Assembly (NCBI GenBank): GCA_016219275.1
Contig: JACRBM010000091.1
Span: 12,154 to 44,153 of the forward strand
Origin: Chloroflexota bacterium
GTDB taxonomy: Bacteria; Chloroflexota; Anaerolineae; UBA4142
DNA length: 32,000 nucleotides
Direction: 5' to 3'
Shown in pieces: positions 1 to 8,498 of the stretch (position 1 is its first letter; each line of letters opens with the position of its first letter). Made by a program: the position numbers and the translations under genes. Under the pieces are notes generated by a model. That model was not told where the DNA came from, ran no database searches, and saw only the letters and a list, made by a program, of their open reading frames with translations.

Positions 1-181
1 CCTCGACGGACAAAGTCTTGTTCGTGCCAGCGAGCAGTTTACCGATTTCGTTGATCGCCGTGAGAAATGGTTTGCCACTGTTTCGCACATGACGCGGATT
101 ACTCGTCACGCCATCCACGTTCCACATTTCGAGCGCATACTTGACTTCATCTACTTTCGCAGAATCCAGAAAGAATTTCAT
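1..181 (-). CDS. Transaldolase / fructose-6-phosphate aldolase (TalC/FSA) family protein, N-terminal part only; gene continues past the window start
   Basis: Reverse-strand translation from ATG at 181 (GGAGA 6 nt upstream) gives MKFFLDSAKVDEVKYALEMWNVDGVTSNPRHV... This matches the MKFF(I/L)D...GVT(T/S)NP N-terminus typical of this family. The ORF is open-ended, so it is absent from the supplied track. Confidence 0.75.
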   Translation of the reverse strand, partial: MKFFLDSAKVDEVKYALEMWNVDGVTSNPRHVRNSGKPFLTAINEIGKLLAGTNKTLSVE

Positions 182-291
182 CCCGATCTCCTTCGTTATT
201 TATTATTTTCTTTGCGTTTTTGCTTCTTTGCGTGAGGATGGTGCGGAAGTAGACAAGTGGCGCGCGAAACATTTCTCCGCGCGTCACCACA

Positions 292-1536
292 TCAGACTTC
301 CTCAGGATTCAGATAAAGATATTTCGCCAGCGCCAACGCCGCCGCACCGACCATGCCAGCTTGCCAGCCGAAGGTGGTCGCTTGCAAACGCGCTTGTTGC
401 CCCATGCCACCAAACGCCGTCGCTTGCATCGTCGCTTTGGCAATGGGTAAAATCACATCCGCTTCGTCGCTAAAAAGCCCACCCAGGAGAATCAACTCGG
501 GGTTGATCAGATTGACGAGATTCGTCAATGCGAGACCCAAATAGTTTGCGCTCGTCTCAACCAGTTGCTTGGCGAGCGGATCGCCCGCACGTGCCGCGAG
601 GTACAAACGCTTGATCGGACGGACGCTCGTTTCGGTGTGCCAGATCGTCGCGAGCTGGCTCGCGGGGTTCGCGCACACAAGGTCCCCGGCGCTTTGCGCC
701 AGGGAGGGTTCCGATACGAGCGTTTCCAGGCAACCGCGCTGACCGCAACGACACATCAGTCCGTCGCGCGGCATGACAATCGTATGCCCGATTTCGCCCG
801 CGCCTAAACCACTGCCGCGTAAAACTTGGCTATTCATCACGATGCCCGCGCCAACGCCGAAACGACCGTACACAAACACCAGCGAGCGGACACCGCGTCC
901 CGCGCCGAACATGGCTTCGCCCAATGCCATGCAGCGCACGTTGTTATCAACAACAATGGGCAATTTGAGTCGTGCATGCAACCACTCGTGGATGGGAACA
1001 TCCCGCCATCCAAAGTTCGCCGCCAGGAGATTGACGCCGGTGTGATAATCAACCAAGCCGGACGCGCCCACACCGATACCCAAAATCTTACGGCGCTTGA
1101 TCTGATGACTTGCAATCAGCGTCTCGATTTTCTCGGCGACGCATTGAATCACATCGAAAGCCGGGGTTTCGTTCGAGAAAGGTGTTTCGGTATAGTCCAC
1201 CAATTCGCCCAGCAGGTTGGCAAGCGCCACGCGAAACACACCGACGCGCATCTGCACGCCCAGCACGTAACGGGCGTCAGGCACCAAACACAATTTCGCG
1301 CGCGGTCTGCCCACCCGTCGCTCTGCCACAAACTGCTTGCTATTGCATTCACGCACGATACCCTGTTTGTACAAGTCATCAACCAGATTGGTGATGGCGG
1401 TCGCGGAGAGCGAGGTCTTTTCGGCGAGTTGGATGCGCGAGAGCGCACCCTCGGAAAGCAAACGCAGCAAGAGGGCGCGGAGGTTATGCTCTTTGACCAG
1501 ACTGACGTTACGTCCTAGAGAATTCGTTTCGGTCAT
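292..1536 (-). CDS. ROK-family transcriptional regulator (NagC/XylR-like; N-terminal winged HTH plus ROK sugar-binding domain)
   Basis: 414-aa ORF. The N-terminus is HTH-like (LSRIQLAEKTSLSATAITNLVDDL). It has glycine-rich ROK motifs and the zinc motif CRCGQRGCLE. It is divergent from the sugar isomerase operon. Confidence 0.9.
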   Translation of the reverse strand: MTETNSLGRNVSLVKEHNLRALLLRLLSEGALSRIQLAEKTSLSATAITNLVDDLYKQGIVRECNSKQFVAERRVGRPRAKLCLVPDARYVLGVQMRVGVFRVALANLLGELVDYTETPFSNETPAFDVIQCVAEKIETLIASHQIKRRKILGIGVGASGLVDYHTGVNLLAANFGWRDVPIHEWLHARLKLPIVVDNNVRCMALGEAMFGAGRGVRSLVFVYGRFGVGAGIVMNSQVLRGSGLGAGEIGHTIVMPRDGLMCRCGQRGCLETLVSEPSLAQSAGDLVCANPASQLATIWHTETSVRPIKRLYLAARAGDPLAKQLVETSANYLGLALTNLVNLINPELILLGGLFSDEADVILPIAKATMQATAFGGMGQQARLQATTFGWQAGMVGAAALALAKYLYLNPEEV

Positions 1537-1540
1537 CGGT

Positions 1541-1565
1541 AATTATTAAACCTTGTTGAATAATT
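1541..1565. promoter_or_regulatory. Candidate ROK operator 1: AATTATTAAA-N5-TTGAATAATT (one mismatch from a perfect palindrome)
   Basis: Read directly from the sequence. It lies 5 nt upstream of the ROK start codon and overlaps the -35 box of the plus-strand promoter. A near-identical copy sits at 1614-1638. Confidence 0.55.
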
Positions 1566-1584
1566 CTCGATTCTATTGTATAAT
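1556..1584 (+). promoter_or_regulatory. Sigma70-type promoter for the isomerase operon: TTGAAT-17 nt-TATAAT
   Basis: -35 at 1556-1561 and -10 at 1579-1584, with exact 17-nt spacing. It is about 100 nt upstream of the 1687 start. Confidence 0.55.
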
Positions 1585-1603
1585 AGAATTGTCCGCCTGT
1601 CAA
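1575..1603 (-). promoter_or_regulatory. Sigma70-type promoter for the ROK gene: TTGACA-17 nt-TACAAT on the minus strand
   Basis: The complement of 1598-1603 is TTGACA and the complement of 1575-1580 is TACAAT, with a 17-nt spacer. Its -10 overlaps the plus-strand -10 inside the palindrome ATTCTATT-GTAT-AATAGAAT (1570-1589). Confidence 0.55.
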
Positions 1604-1613
1604 TACCGGCTTT

Positions 1614-1638
1614 AATTATTCAAACTCCTTGAATAATT
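1614..1638. promoter_or_regulatory. Candidate ROK operator 2: AATTATTCAA-N5-TTGAATAATT (perfect 10-bp arms)
   Basis: Perfect inverted repeat read from the sequence. It lies in the 5' leader of the isomerase operon, and its centre is 73 bp from the centre of operator 1. Confidence 0.55.
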
Positions 1639-1686
1639 GGCGGTTTACAGACGATGCCATAAACATTTTTAGAGGAGGCGTTAACC

Positions 1687-3054
1687 TTGACCCACTTTCC
1701 CACTTTGCGACTTGGCTTGGCTTGCATTGCGCGCAGTCGGTTTGATTATCAAGCGGCGCGCGACATTTACCATCGCTCCGTTGCGGCGTTGAAACAGTTT
1801 CCAAATGTTGACGTCATTGCGCCCGACGATTTGATTTTGGATAACCCCGACGATCCAACTCCCGGCTTGATCCCGCAAGCGATCAACTTTTTCCAGCAGG
1901 CACAGATCGACGCGCTCATTATTCAAAATGGTACGTTCACGATGGGCGACTTGTCGTTGGAATTAGCGGATCGTTTCAGTGTGCCGCTCATCCTATGGTC
2001 GCCGCTGGAGCCGGATTGGACGAGCGGACGTTTGCGTTTGAACTCGCTCGTTGGGCTGAATGTCAATTCCAGTCATTTCTTCAAGATCGGTCGTCCCTTT
2101 CGTTACCTCGTTGCGAATCCGGGCGATCAAGTGTTTCAAGAAGAGATGGGACGATTTGTACGCGTGCTCGGTCTCGTGCGTGGATTGCGCCGCACCAAGA
2201 TTGCGATGCTGGGCACGCGCGCGCAAGGGTTCTTCGATCTCGCCTTCAACGAGATGGAACTGCGCGCGAAACTCGGCGTCGAAGTCGTTGCAGTCGGCTT
2301 GGGTGATGTGTTCAGCATCGCGCGCGATCTGCCGGCGAAACAAGTGAACGAAACCAAAGTGCGTGTGCGCGAAATGCTCGACGACATGTCCGAGGTTTCG
2401 CCGGAGAAAGAAGACTTGCAAGCGCGCGCGTATCTCGCGATGCGTCAGGTCGCCGAGCAGACGAACGCGAGTGCGCTCGCGGTCAAGTGCTGGCCCGAAT
2501 TTCCATTCGATTATGGCGTCGCCGCGTGTTCTTCCGTCGCGCTGATGAACGACGACATGATTCCCGGCGGCTGCGAAGGCGACCTCGAAGGCGCGCTCAC
2601 GTCATTGATCGTTCAACGACTGGCGAATAGCATTCCATTCTTGTCCGATGTCTCCGCGATCGATCGCGACAAAAACGCACTGTTGCTGTGGCACAATGGC
2701 TGCGCGGCATTGCGACTCGCGGCAACGCGCAAACATCTCTTCACCCACTTTCAGATGAATCGCGGCTTGACGGTTGGTTTTGGTCTGCAACCGGGTCGCG
2801 TGACGCTCACGCGTTTGGGCAATGATGGCAAGCATCTACGTCTCTTCACCACAACCGGCGAAGCACTGCCAACGGAGATGTTCATTCGCGGCACACTCAG
2901 TTGGGTCAAGACAGATGCGCCAGTGAAACGTGTTCTAGACGAATTCATTTACGGTGGCTGGGAACATCACCTCGCGATGTCATACGCCGACCTTGTCGCC
3001 GATCTCGAAGAATTTGCCGCGATCACCGGCATCCCGCTGACGAAAGTTGTCTAA
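1687..3054 (+). CDS. L-fucose/L-arabinose isomerase-like family protein (sugar aldose-ketose isomerase, substrate unknown)
   Basis: 455-aa ORF with a TTG start 8 nt after GGAGG. The C-terminal region (GRVTLTRLG...LRLFTTTGEALP...GGWEHHLAMSYADL) resembles the FucI C-terminal-domain family. Confidence 0.75.
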   Translation: MTHFPTLRLGLACIARSRFDYQAARDIYHRSVAALKQFPNVDVIAPDDLILDNPDDPTPGLIPQAINFFQQAQIDALIIQNGTFTMGDLSLELADRFSVPLILWSPLEPDWTSGRLRLNSLVGLNVNSSHFFKIGRPFRYLVANPGDQVFQEEMGRFVRVLGLVRGLRRTKIAMLGTRAQGFFDLAFNEMELRAKLGVEVVAVGLGDVFSIARDLPAKQVNETKVRVREMLDDMSEVSPEKEDLQARAYLAMRQVAEQTNASALAVKCWPEFPFDYGVAACSSVALMNDDMIPGGCEGDLEGALTSLIVQRLANSIPFLSDVSAIDRDKNALLLWHNGCAALRLAATRKHLFTHFQMNRGLTVGFGLQPGRVTLTRLGNDGKHLRLFTTTGEALPTEMFIRGTLSWVKTDAPVKRVLDEFIYGGWEHHLAMSYADLVADLEEFAAITGIPLTKVV

Positions 3055-3088
3055 CGAGGGTGGCATTGCCTTTCAAAAGGAGGAAACC

Positions 3089-4018
3089 ATGAAAAAAATT
3101 TTTGTGAACCTGAAACGCTTTGACGTGCCGCGTAAACTCGGCGGCGTGTGCCCAATGGACGATCCGATTGCGTGGATCGAATCGGTCATCACCCAGTCGG
3201 TTGAACTGGGATTGGGCATGCACGAAAATCTCGCGTTGACTTTTCTTTTGCCCGAAGGACTCGTGCCGAGCGCCGCGCGTTGCCTCGCCAAGTTTCCGGT
3301 GGAACGACGCAAGATGTTAGCGGTTGGTGTGCAAGGTGTACACTGGGACGATGTTCGCCCCGGCAAAAATTTTGGCGCGTTCACGACGAGTGTGCCCGCT
3401 ATCGCCGCGGCAAACCTGGGGAGCCAGTGGGCGATTATCGGACACTCGGAAGAACGCCGCGCGAAATCGCAAATCCTCGGCGCATACGATGGCTCGATTG
3501 CCACAAACACCGAGGCGCGTGTGCGTGCCATGTCAACGGTTGACCAACTCGTTCATGACCAAGTGCAATGCGCGTTGAATGCCGGTTTGAGCGTACTCAT
3601 GTGCGTGGGCGAATCGGCGGAGGAGCGCGGTGACGGAACGTTTGAAGAACAGCAACCGCGCATCGAACGTGTTTTGCAGTCGCAAGTGGTGAATGACTTG
3701 AAGGGTGCTGAGCAGTTCATTCGCAATGGAAAAATCGTCATCGGTTACGAACCGATTTGGGCGATTGGTCCCGGCAAGGTGCCGCCGGGCAAGGAGTACA
3801 TCGCGTTCGTCTCGGCGTTCATTCAACGCGTGGCTCTCGAAAACCTGGGCGCAAAGATTCCGGTGGTCTACGGCGGTGGATTGAAAGAAGAAAATGCGGC
3901 GCTGATTGCAAGCATTGCGACGATTGACGGCGGCTTGGTCGCGCTGACGCAATTCACCGGCGAGATCGGTTTCAACGTCGCGCAGTTGAACGCGATTGTC
4001 GCCAAGTATCTCGCGTGA
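3089..4018 (+). CDS. Triosephosphate isomerase (TIM) family protein, atypically long (309 aa)
   Basis: The start was moved to ATG 3089 (AAAGGAGG upstream). TIM motifs are present: VNLK(RF), IIGHSEERR, YEPIWAIG, VYGGG. Insertions relative to canonical TpiA suggest a non-triose substrate. Confidence 0.75.
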   Translation: MKKIFVNLKRFDVPRKLGGVCPMDDPIAWIESVITQSVELGLGMHENLALTFLLPEGLVPSAARCLAKFPVERRKMLAVGVQGVHWDDVRPGKNFGAFTTSVPAIAAANLGSQWAIIGHSEERRAKSQILGAYDGSIATNTEARVRAMSTVDQLVHDQVQCALNAGLSVLMCVGESAEERGDGTFEEQQPRIERVLQSQVVNDLKGAEQFIRNGKIVIGYEPIWAIGPGKVPPGKEYIAFVSAFIQRVALENLGAKIPVVYGGGLKEENAALIASIATIDGGLVALTQFTGEIGFNVAQLNAIVAKYLA

Positions 4019-4026
4019 AAATGTTT

Positions 4027-4127
4027 GGGACGCGGACAAACGCAGACAAACGCAGATTTTATTATTTTAATCCGCGTTCATCCGCGTTCACACTTGCACC
4101 GCACGCAAGTGCAGGTGTCCGCGTCCC
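4027..4127. repeat. Composite intergenic hairpin element (CGGACAAACGC family)
   Basis: The outer arms GGGACGCGGACA (4027-4038) and TGTCCGCGTCCC (4116-4127) are exact complements. The inner tandem AACGCAGAC/AACGCAGAT pairs imperfectly with ATCCGCGTTCATCCGCGTTCA. An extra small hairpin is CACTTGC...GCAAGTG. Confidence 0.6.
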
Positions 4128-4145
4128 ATTTCCAAGGGAGACACA

Positions 4146-5594
4146 ATGAAAACCGTGCAATTTGAATACGGCGAAGGAACACTCGCGGTGCAACTACCGG
4201 ACTCGGCGGATATTTTCGTTCCGGGCGAAACGGTCGCCGACCCGCCGTACTTGCCAGACGTGGAAGCCGCGACACGCGAATCGGTGCTTCATCCGATTGG
4301 AATGCCGCCGCTCGCGCACCTCGCGAAACCTGGGTCGAAAGTAACCATCAGTTTTCCAGATAAAGTGAAAGGCGGCTTTCAAGCGAACTCGCATCGCAAG
4401 ACCGCGATTCCAATCATCGTCACCGAGTTGCTCAAAGCGGGGGTGAACAAGCGCGACATCAAACTCATTTGCTCGAACGGCTTGCATCGCAAAAACACCG
4501 ACGAAGAAATTCGCTCGTTGATCGGCGACCCGCTCTATCGCGAATTTATGCCAACGCATCAAATCGTCAACCACGATTCCGAAGACTGGGACAATCTCGT
4601 TGACCTGGGTTACGACGAACTAGGCGACCGTGTCATCATGAATCGTGAGGTGTTTGAATCGGATGTGCCGATTCTGATTGGGCACGTGGTTGGCAATCCG
4701 TACGCCGGTTATTCGGGTGGCTACAAAATGATCGCCACGGGATTGACGCACTGGAAATGTATTGCGGCACATCACATTCCCGCCGTCATGCACGGTCCCG
4801 ATTTTACACCGGTCTCAGCACACAGCATGATGCGCCAAAAGATGAATGCGATCGGCATGCACATGGAAAACAAGATGGGCAAAAAGTTTTTCATGTGCGA
4901 TGCGGTGCTCGACACCAACGCGCGCCAAATCGCGATTTTCTCCGGCTATGGTGCCGAGATTCAACCTTTGTCGTGGAAGGCAGCGAACCAGCGCACGTTC
5001 GTTCCGTTCGCGCAAGAAAAATACGATGTGATGATGTTTGGGATGCCGCAGAATTTTCACTACGGCAATGGGCACGGGACGAATCCGATTCTGATGATGC
5101 AGGCGATTGCCGCGCAAATCATTCGGCACAAGCGCGTGCTCAAGGATAACGGCGTCATCATTTGCAGTTCGATCTGCAACGGCTATTTCCACGACGAAGA
5201 GTTTCCATCGTACCGCGAACTGTACGAGTTGTTCCAAAACGATTATCACAACATCCTGCCCGATCTCGACAAGTACGGCGAGTACTTTTGCTCCAAGACC
5301 GAGTACGTGAACAAGTATCGCTATAACTATGGTTATCATCCGTATCACGCCTTCTCGATGATTTCGTGCGGGCACATTGCGGAGATGCACACAGCCGCAG
5401 TGTACATCGTTGGCGCGTATGCGCCGGGGTATGCGCGCGCGATGGGGATGAAGACGCGCGCAACGTTTGCGGAGGCGTTAAAGGATGCCGAACGATACAC
5501 GGGACCGAATCCGAAAATCCTCGCGTTGCCGCGCACGTTTCGCACGGGCGCCGTGCATTTGATGATGCGCGACGAACAGGTTCCAGAGATATGA
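4146..5594 (+). CDS. LarA-family (lactate racemase-like, nickel-pincer cofactor dependent) racemase/epimerase homologue
   Basis: 482-aa ORF. The N-terminus (FEYGEGTLAVQLPD) is DUF2088/Lar_N-like. It has NGLHRKNT and the AGYSGGYK motif, which carries the lysine that tethers the cofactor in LarA. Confidence 0.8.
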   Translation: MKTVQFEYGEGTLAVQLPDSADIFVPGETVADPPYLPDVEAATRESVLHPIGMPPLAHLAKPGSKVTISFPDKVKGGFQANSHRKTAIPIIVTELLKAGVNKRDIKLICSNGLHRKNTDEEIRSLIGDPLYREFMPTHQIVNHDSEDWDNLVDLGYDELGDRVIMNREVFESDVPILIGHVVGNPYAGYSGGYKMIATGLTHWKCIAAHHIPAVMHGPDFTPVSAHSMMRQKMNAIGMHMENKMGKKFFMCDAVLDTNARQIAIFSGYGAEIQPLSWKAANQRTFVPFAQEKYDVMMFGMPQNFHYGNGHGTNPILMMQAIAAQIIRHKRVLKDNGVIICSSICNGYFHDEEFPSYRELYELFQNDYHNILPDLDKYGEYFCSKTEYVNKYRYNYGYHPYHAFSMISCGHIAEMHTAAVYIVGAYAPGYARAMGMKTRATFAEALKDAERYTGPNPKILALPRTFRTGAVHLMMRDEQVPEI

Positions 5595-5643
5595 TCTGCT
5601 ACGCCGAATTATTTGGCGAGGCGAAAATTTTAATCTGGCAACG

Positions 5644-6300
5644 ATGGTACACCTATCTTTATTCTGAGTGTAACGCTCCTGGTCGCGTTCATTCTTTTGT
5701 TGAGCAACAATCTTTCAACCGATGTGATTGCCTTGTGCGTGGCGTTGATCCTGGGCTTGTCCGGGGTCTTGACCACCACAGAAATGTTTGCCGGCTTTAG
5801 CGGCTCCGCCGTCATCACCATCCTCGGCGCGTTTATCATGACATATGCCCTCGCCGCCACCGGCGTCACTCGCAAAATGATCAAGCTCTTGACCATGTCG
5901 GTTCCCGTGGTGAAAAACACTTGGTGTGGTTCGTGATGCTACTGAGTGCCGGGCTGTCGCTCATCAAGAACAAAATCGTTGCCGCCGCCGTACTGCTTCC
6001 AGCCGCAACCGACCGGATTTCATTGTGTTGGATATGCCACCCGCATCGGAACGCCCAGTACGTGGGAATCGGGCTGGGTTAGCCATGGTGATTACGGTCA
6101 TTGCCTTGACCCTGTCGGCGTTCGATGTTTTGCCGGTAGCGGAAGCGATGTTGATCGGTGCGATAGCGATGGAGCTGACGGGTTGTCTCAAAATAGAAGA
6201 AGCGTATCGTGTCGTGGATTGACGCGCGATTTTTCTCATCATGGGGATGTCGTCAGTGAGCACCGCGATGATCAAGACCGGCGCTTTTCCTGCAACCGAA
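5644..6300 (+). pseudogene. Decayed DASS/SLC13-type anion permease gene
   Basis: Permease-like fragments occur in different frames (LSNNLSTDVIALCVALILGLSGVLTTTEMFAGFSGSAVITILGAFIM, then VMLLSAGLSLIKNKIVAAAVLLP, then AMVITVIALTLSAFDVLPVAEAMLIGAIAMELTG). There is a frameshift right after ATG 5644 and an in-frame TGA at 6220-6222 where W is expected (VD*RAIFLIMGM). The middle of the gene is missing, and the 3' end is replaced by IS sequence. Confidence 0.65.
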
Positions 6301-6304
6301 TTCC

Positions 6305-6857
6305 CCGCTGACAGATGAACACACTGATCCGTTAGATCCTCCGTGGCAACGAGCGAACAACCAACGCGGACGCGAGACATACGCTAATGATCGTCCGCCG
6401 ATTGTCGGAACGATTGGGCGTGAAAGCGGTCAAGTTCGTTTGCGAGTTGTACTGAACACGACGGGTGAAACCCTGGAAACTCCTGTGCATCAGTTCACCT
6501 GTGTCGAAGCCATGGTCTACACGGATGAATCGAACGGTTACAATCACATCATTCGCCTCCATGCCACCGTCGAACATGGCATTCATGAATACGCCCGCGA
6601 CGATGACAGCGATGGAATTCGCGAAGCGCATTGCAACAACCTCGGAAGGGATGTGGACGGATGTCCGCAATTTTCTGCGCCCGTTCAAAGGCGTTCACAA
6701 GAAATATCTTGCCGAGTATGTGGCGATCTGCGAATTTCGACGAAATTTGAAACGCGTGTCGCCAGCATTTATTTCATCTCTTGTCACCTTTCCCACTTTT
6801 TGCATCTTGGCGAAACGACTTTGCACCAGCCGTGGATTGTTTGACACGCGATATTGA
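6305..6857 (+). mobile_element. IS1595-family (ISXO2-like DDE) transposase remnant, 5'-truncated and frameshifted
   Basis: One frame reads DPPWQRANNQRGRETYANDRPPIVGTIGRESGQVRLRVV...VYTDESNGYNHI...HEYARDDDSDGIREAHCN. After a frameshift near 6640 it continues as WTDVRNFLRPFKGVHKKYLAEYVAICEFRRNLKR. This is the characteristic C-terminal two-thirds of this transposase family. Confidence 0.7.
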
Positions 6858-6882
6858 CAAAAAGCTGAAATAATTGTATTAT
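6854..6882 (+). promoter_or_regulatory. Candidate promoter TTGACA-17 nt-TATTAT in an AT-rich island upstream of the GH4 gene
   Basis: -35 at 6854-6859 and -10 at 6877-6882, with a 17-nt spacer. It is followed immediately by a LacI-type operator. Confidence 0.45.
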
Positions 6883-6887
6883 GTTAG

Positions 6888-6901
6888 TGTCATCGTTTAC
6901 A
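6888..6901. promoter_or_regulatory. LacI-family operator candidate O1 (TGTCATCGTTTACA)
   Basis: This 14-mer has a CG centre and TGT/ACA ends. It is the exact reverse complement of the 9556-9569 site and overlaps the predicted transcription start of the 6854 promoter. Confidence 0.55.
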
Positions 6902-6973
6902 TGTTTAATATAAATTTTAATCACATATTATACATAAATAGATCTATTTACGCGCAAATTCACTTATCAAAAA

Positions 6974-6987
6974 TGTAAACGATAACA
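6974..6987. promoter_or_regulatory. LacI-family operator candidate O2 (TGTAAACGATAACA)
   Basis: It differs at one position from the other two sites. Its centre is 86 bp downstream of the O1 centre. Confidence 0.5.
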
Positions 6988-7087
6988 TTAAAGTGCATTT
7001 ATTGCGGATTTTATTGGATTCAAGACCAGAGCCATTGAGTTGCAAAAATTCGTGGACGCATTACCGAATTTCAAGGAGTCGCGTAGA

Positions 7088-8473
7088 GTGCCAAAAATCA
7101 CCTTCATGGGCGCAGGCAGTTCTGTATTTGCCAAAAATATTCTGGGCGATTGTCTGCTAACCGATGCTCTTCACGATGCCCACATCGCACTCTATGATAT
7201 CGACGCGGATCGCCTGAACGATTCGCGTCTGATGCTCGAAGTGTTGAATCGCAACATCAACGCAGAGCGCGCGACGATCACAACGCACCTGGGTGTCGAG
7301 CAACGACGCGATGCGCTCATTGGCGCCGATTACGTCGTCAACGCAATTCAAGTCGGCGGATATGAACCGGCGACCGTGATTGATTTTGAGATTCCGAAAA
7401 AGTACGGTCTGCGTCAAACGATCGGCGACACCCTGGGCATTGGCGGAATTTTCCGCGCGCTCCGCACGATCCCAGTCATGTTCGATTTTGCGCGCGATAT
7501 GGAAGTCGTGTGTCCGGACGCGTGGTTCCTCAACTACGTCAACCCGATGGCGATGATCACGCTGGCAATGTTGCGCGCGACCGACATTCACACCGTCGGT
7601 CTGTGCCACTCCGTCCAAGTGTGTGCGCGCCGATTATTGCGCCGGGTCGGCATCGAAAATGATGTGCGCGAGTTGAAATGGAAGATCGCCGGTATCAATC
7701 ATCAAGCCTGGTTGCTCGAAATCACAGATGGCGGACGCGATTTGTATCCCGAAATTAAACAGCGTGCCGAAGCAATGAATCGCGCGGCACGACAATCAGA
7801 TGCACCCAAGCATGATGACATGGTGCGCTTTGAGATCATGCGCCACTTTGGTTTCTACAACACGGAATCGTCGGAACACACGGCGGAGTATTCTCCGTAC
7901 TGGATCAAGTCCACGCACCCGGAGTTGATCGACGCGTTTAACATTCCGCTCGACGAATATCCGCGCCGTTGCGTTCATCAAATCGAAGAATGGGCAAAGC
8001 GAAGTCATGAACTTGTTGCGAATCCACAATTGTCTCATCAGCGCAGCGACGAGTATGGCTCGTACATCATGGAAGCAATGGAGACCGACGAGCCGTGTCG
8101 TATCGGCGGCAATGTTATGAATACCGGACTGATTACGAATCTTCCGTCGAACGCAGTTGTCGAAGTGCCATGCTTGGTCGATCGCAATGGCGTGCAAGGT
8201 TGTTACATCGGCGATTTGCCGGAACAACTTGCCGCGCTCAATCGCACGAACATCAACGTGCAACTGCTCACCGTCGAAGCCGCGCTGACGCACGATCGCG
8301 AGAAAGTGTACCAAGCCGCAATGCTCGACCCGCACACATCGGCAGAACTCACACTCGATCAAATTCGCGCGTTGTGTGATGACTTGTTCGCGGCGCATGG
8401 AATGGAACTGACTTTCCGGCAATGCGGAAATTTGGACGCGGACAAACGCGGACAAACGCGGATGAAGAAATAG
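7088..8473 (+). CDS. Glycoside hydrolase family 4 (NAD+/Mn2+-dependent; alpha-galactosidase/alpha-glucuronidase-like)
   Basis: The start was moved to GTG 7088 (AAGGAG 9 nt upstream). GH4 hallmarks are KITFMGAGSSVFAKNILGD, NYVNPM and VGLCHSV. The last ~10 codons (DADKRGQTRMKK) are encoded by a repeat half-element. Confidence 0.88.
   Translation: MPKITFMGAGSSVFAKNILGDCLLTDALHDAHIALYDIDADRLNDSRLMLEVLNRNINAERATITTHLGVEQRRDALIGADYVVNAIQVGGYEPATVIDFEIPKKYGLRQTIGDTLGIGGIFRALRTIPVMFDFARDMEVVCPDAWFLNYVNPMAMITLAMLRATDIHTVGLCHSVQVCARRLLRRVGIENDVRELKWKIAGINHQAWLLEITDGGRDLYPEIKQRAEAMNRAARQSDAPKHDDMVRFEIMRHFGFYNTESSEHTAEYSPYWIKSTHPELIDAFNIPLDEYPRRCVHQIEEWAKRSHELVANPQLSHQRSDEYGSYIMEAMETDEPCRIGGNVMNTGLITNLPSNAVVEVPCLVDRNGVQGCYIGDLPEQLAALNRTNINVQLLTVEAALTHDREKVYQAAMLDPHTSAELTLDQIRALCDDLFAAHGMELTFRQCGNLDADKRGQTRMKK
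8434..8463. repeat. Half copy of the CGGACAAACGC element inside the 3' end of the GH4 ORF
   Basis: GGACGCGGACAAACGCGGACAAACGCGGAT is nearly identical to the left arm at 4028-4056. No matching right arm follows. Confidence 0.6.
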
Positions 8474-8498
8474 TCGCACATTTGAAAGAGCGATAAAA

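Noticed and set aside
826-1518. 230-aa plus-strand ORF and several smaller ones inside 292-1536
   Set aside because: They are antisense to the ROK regulator gene, which has clear HTH and CxCGxxGCxE motifs.
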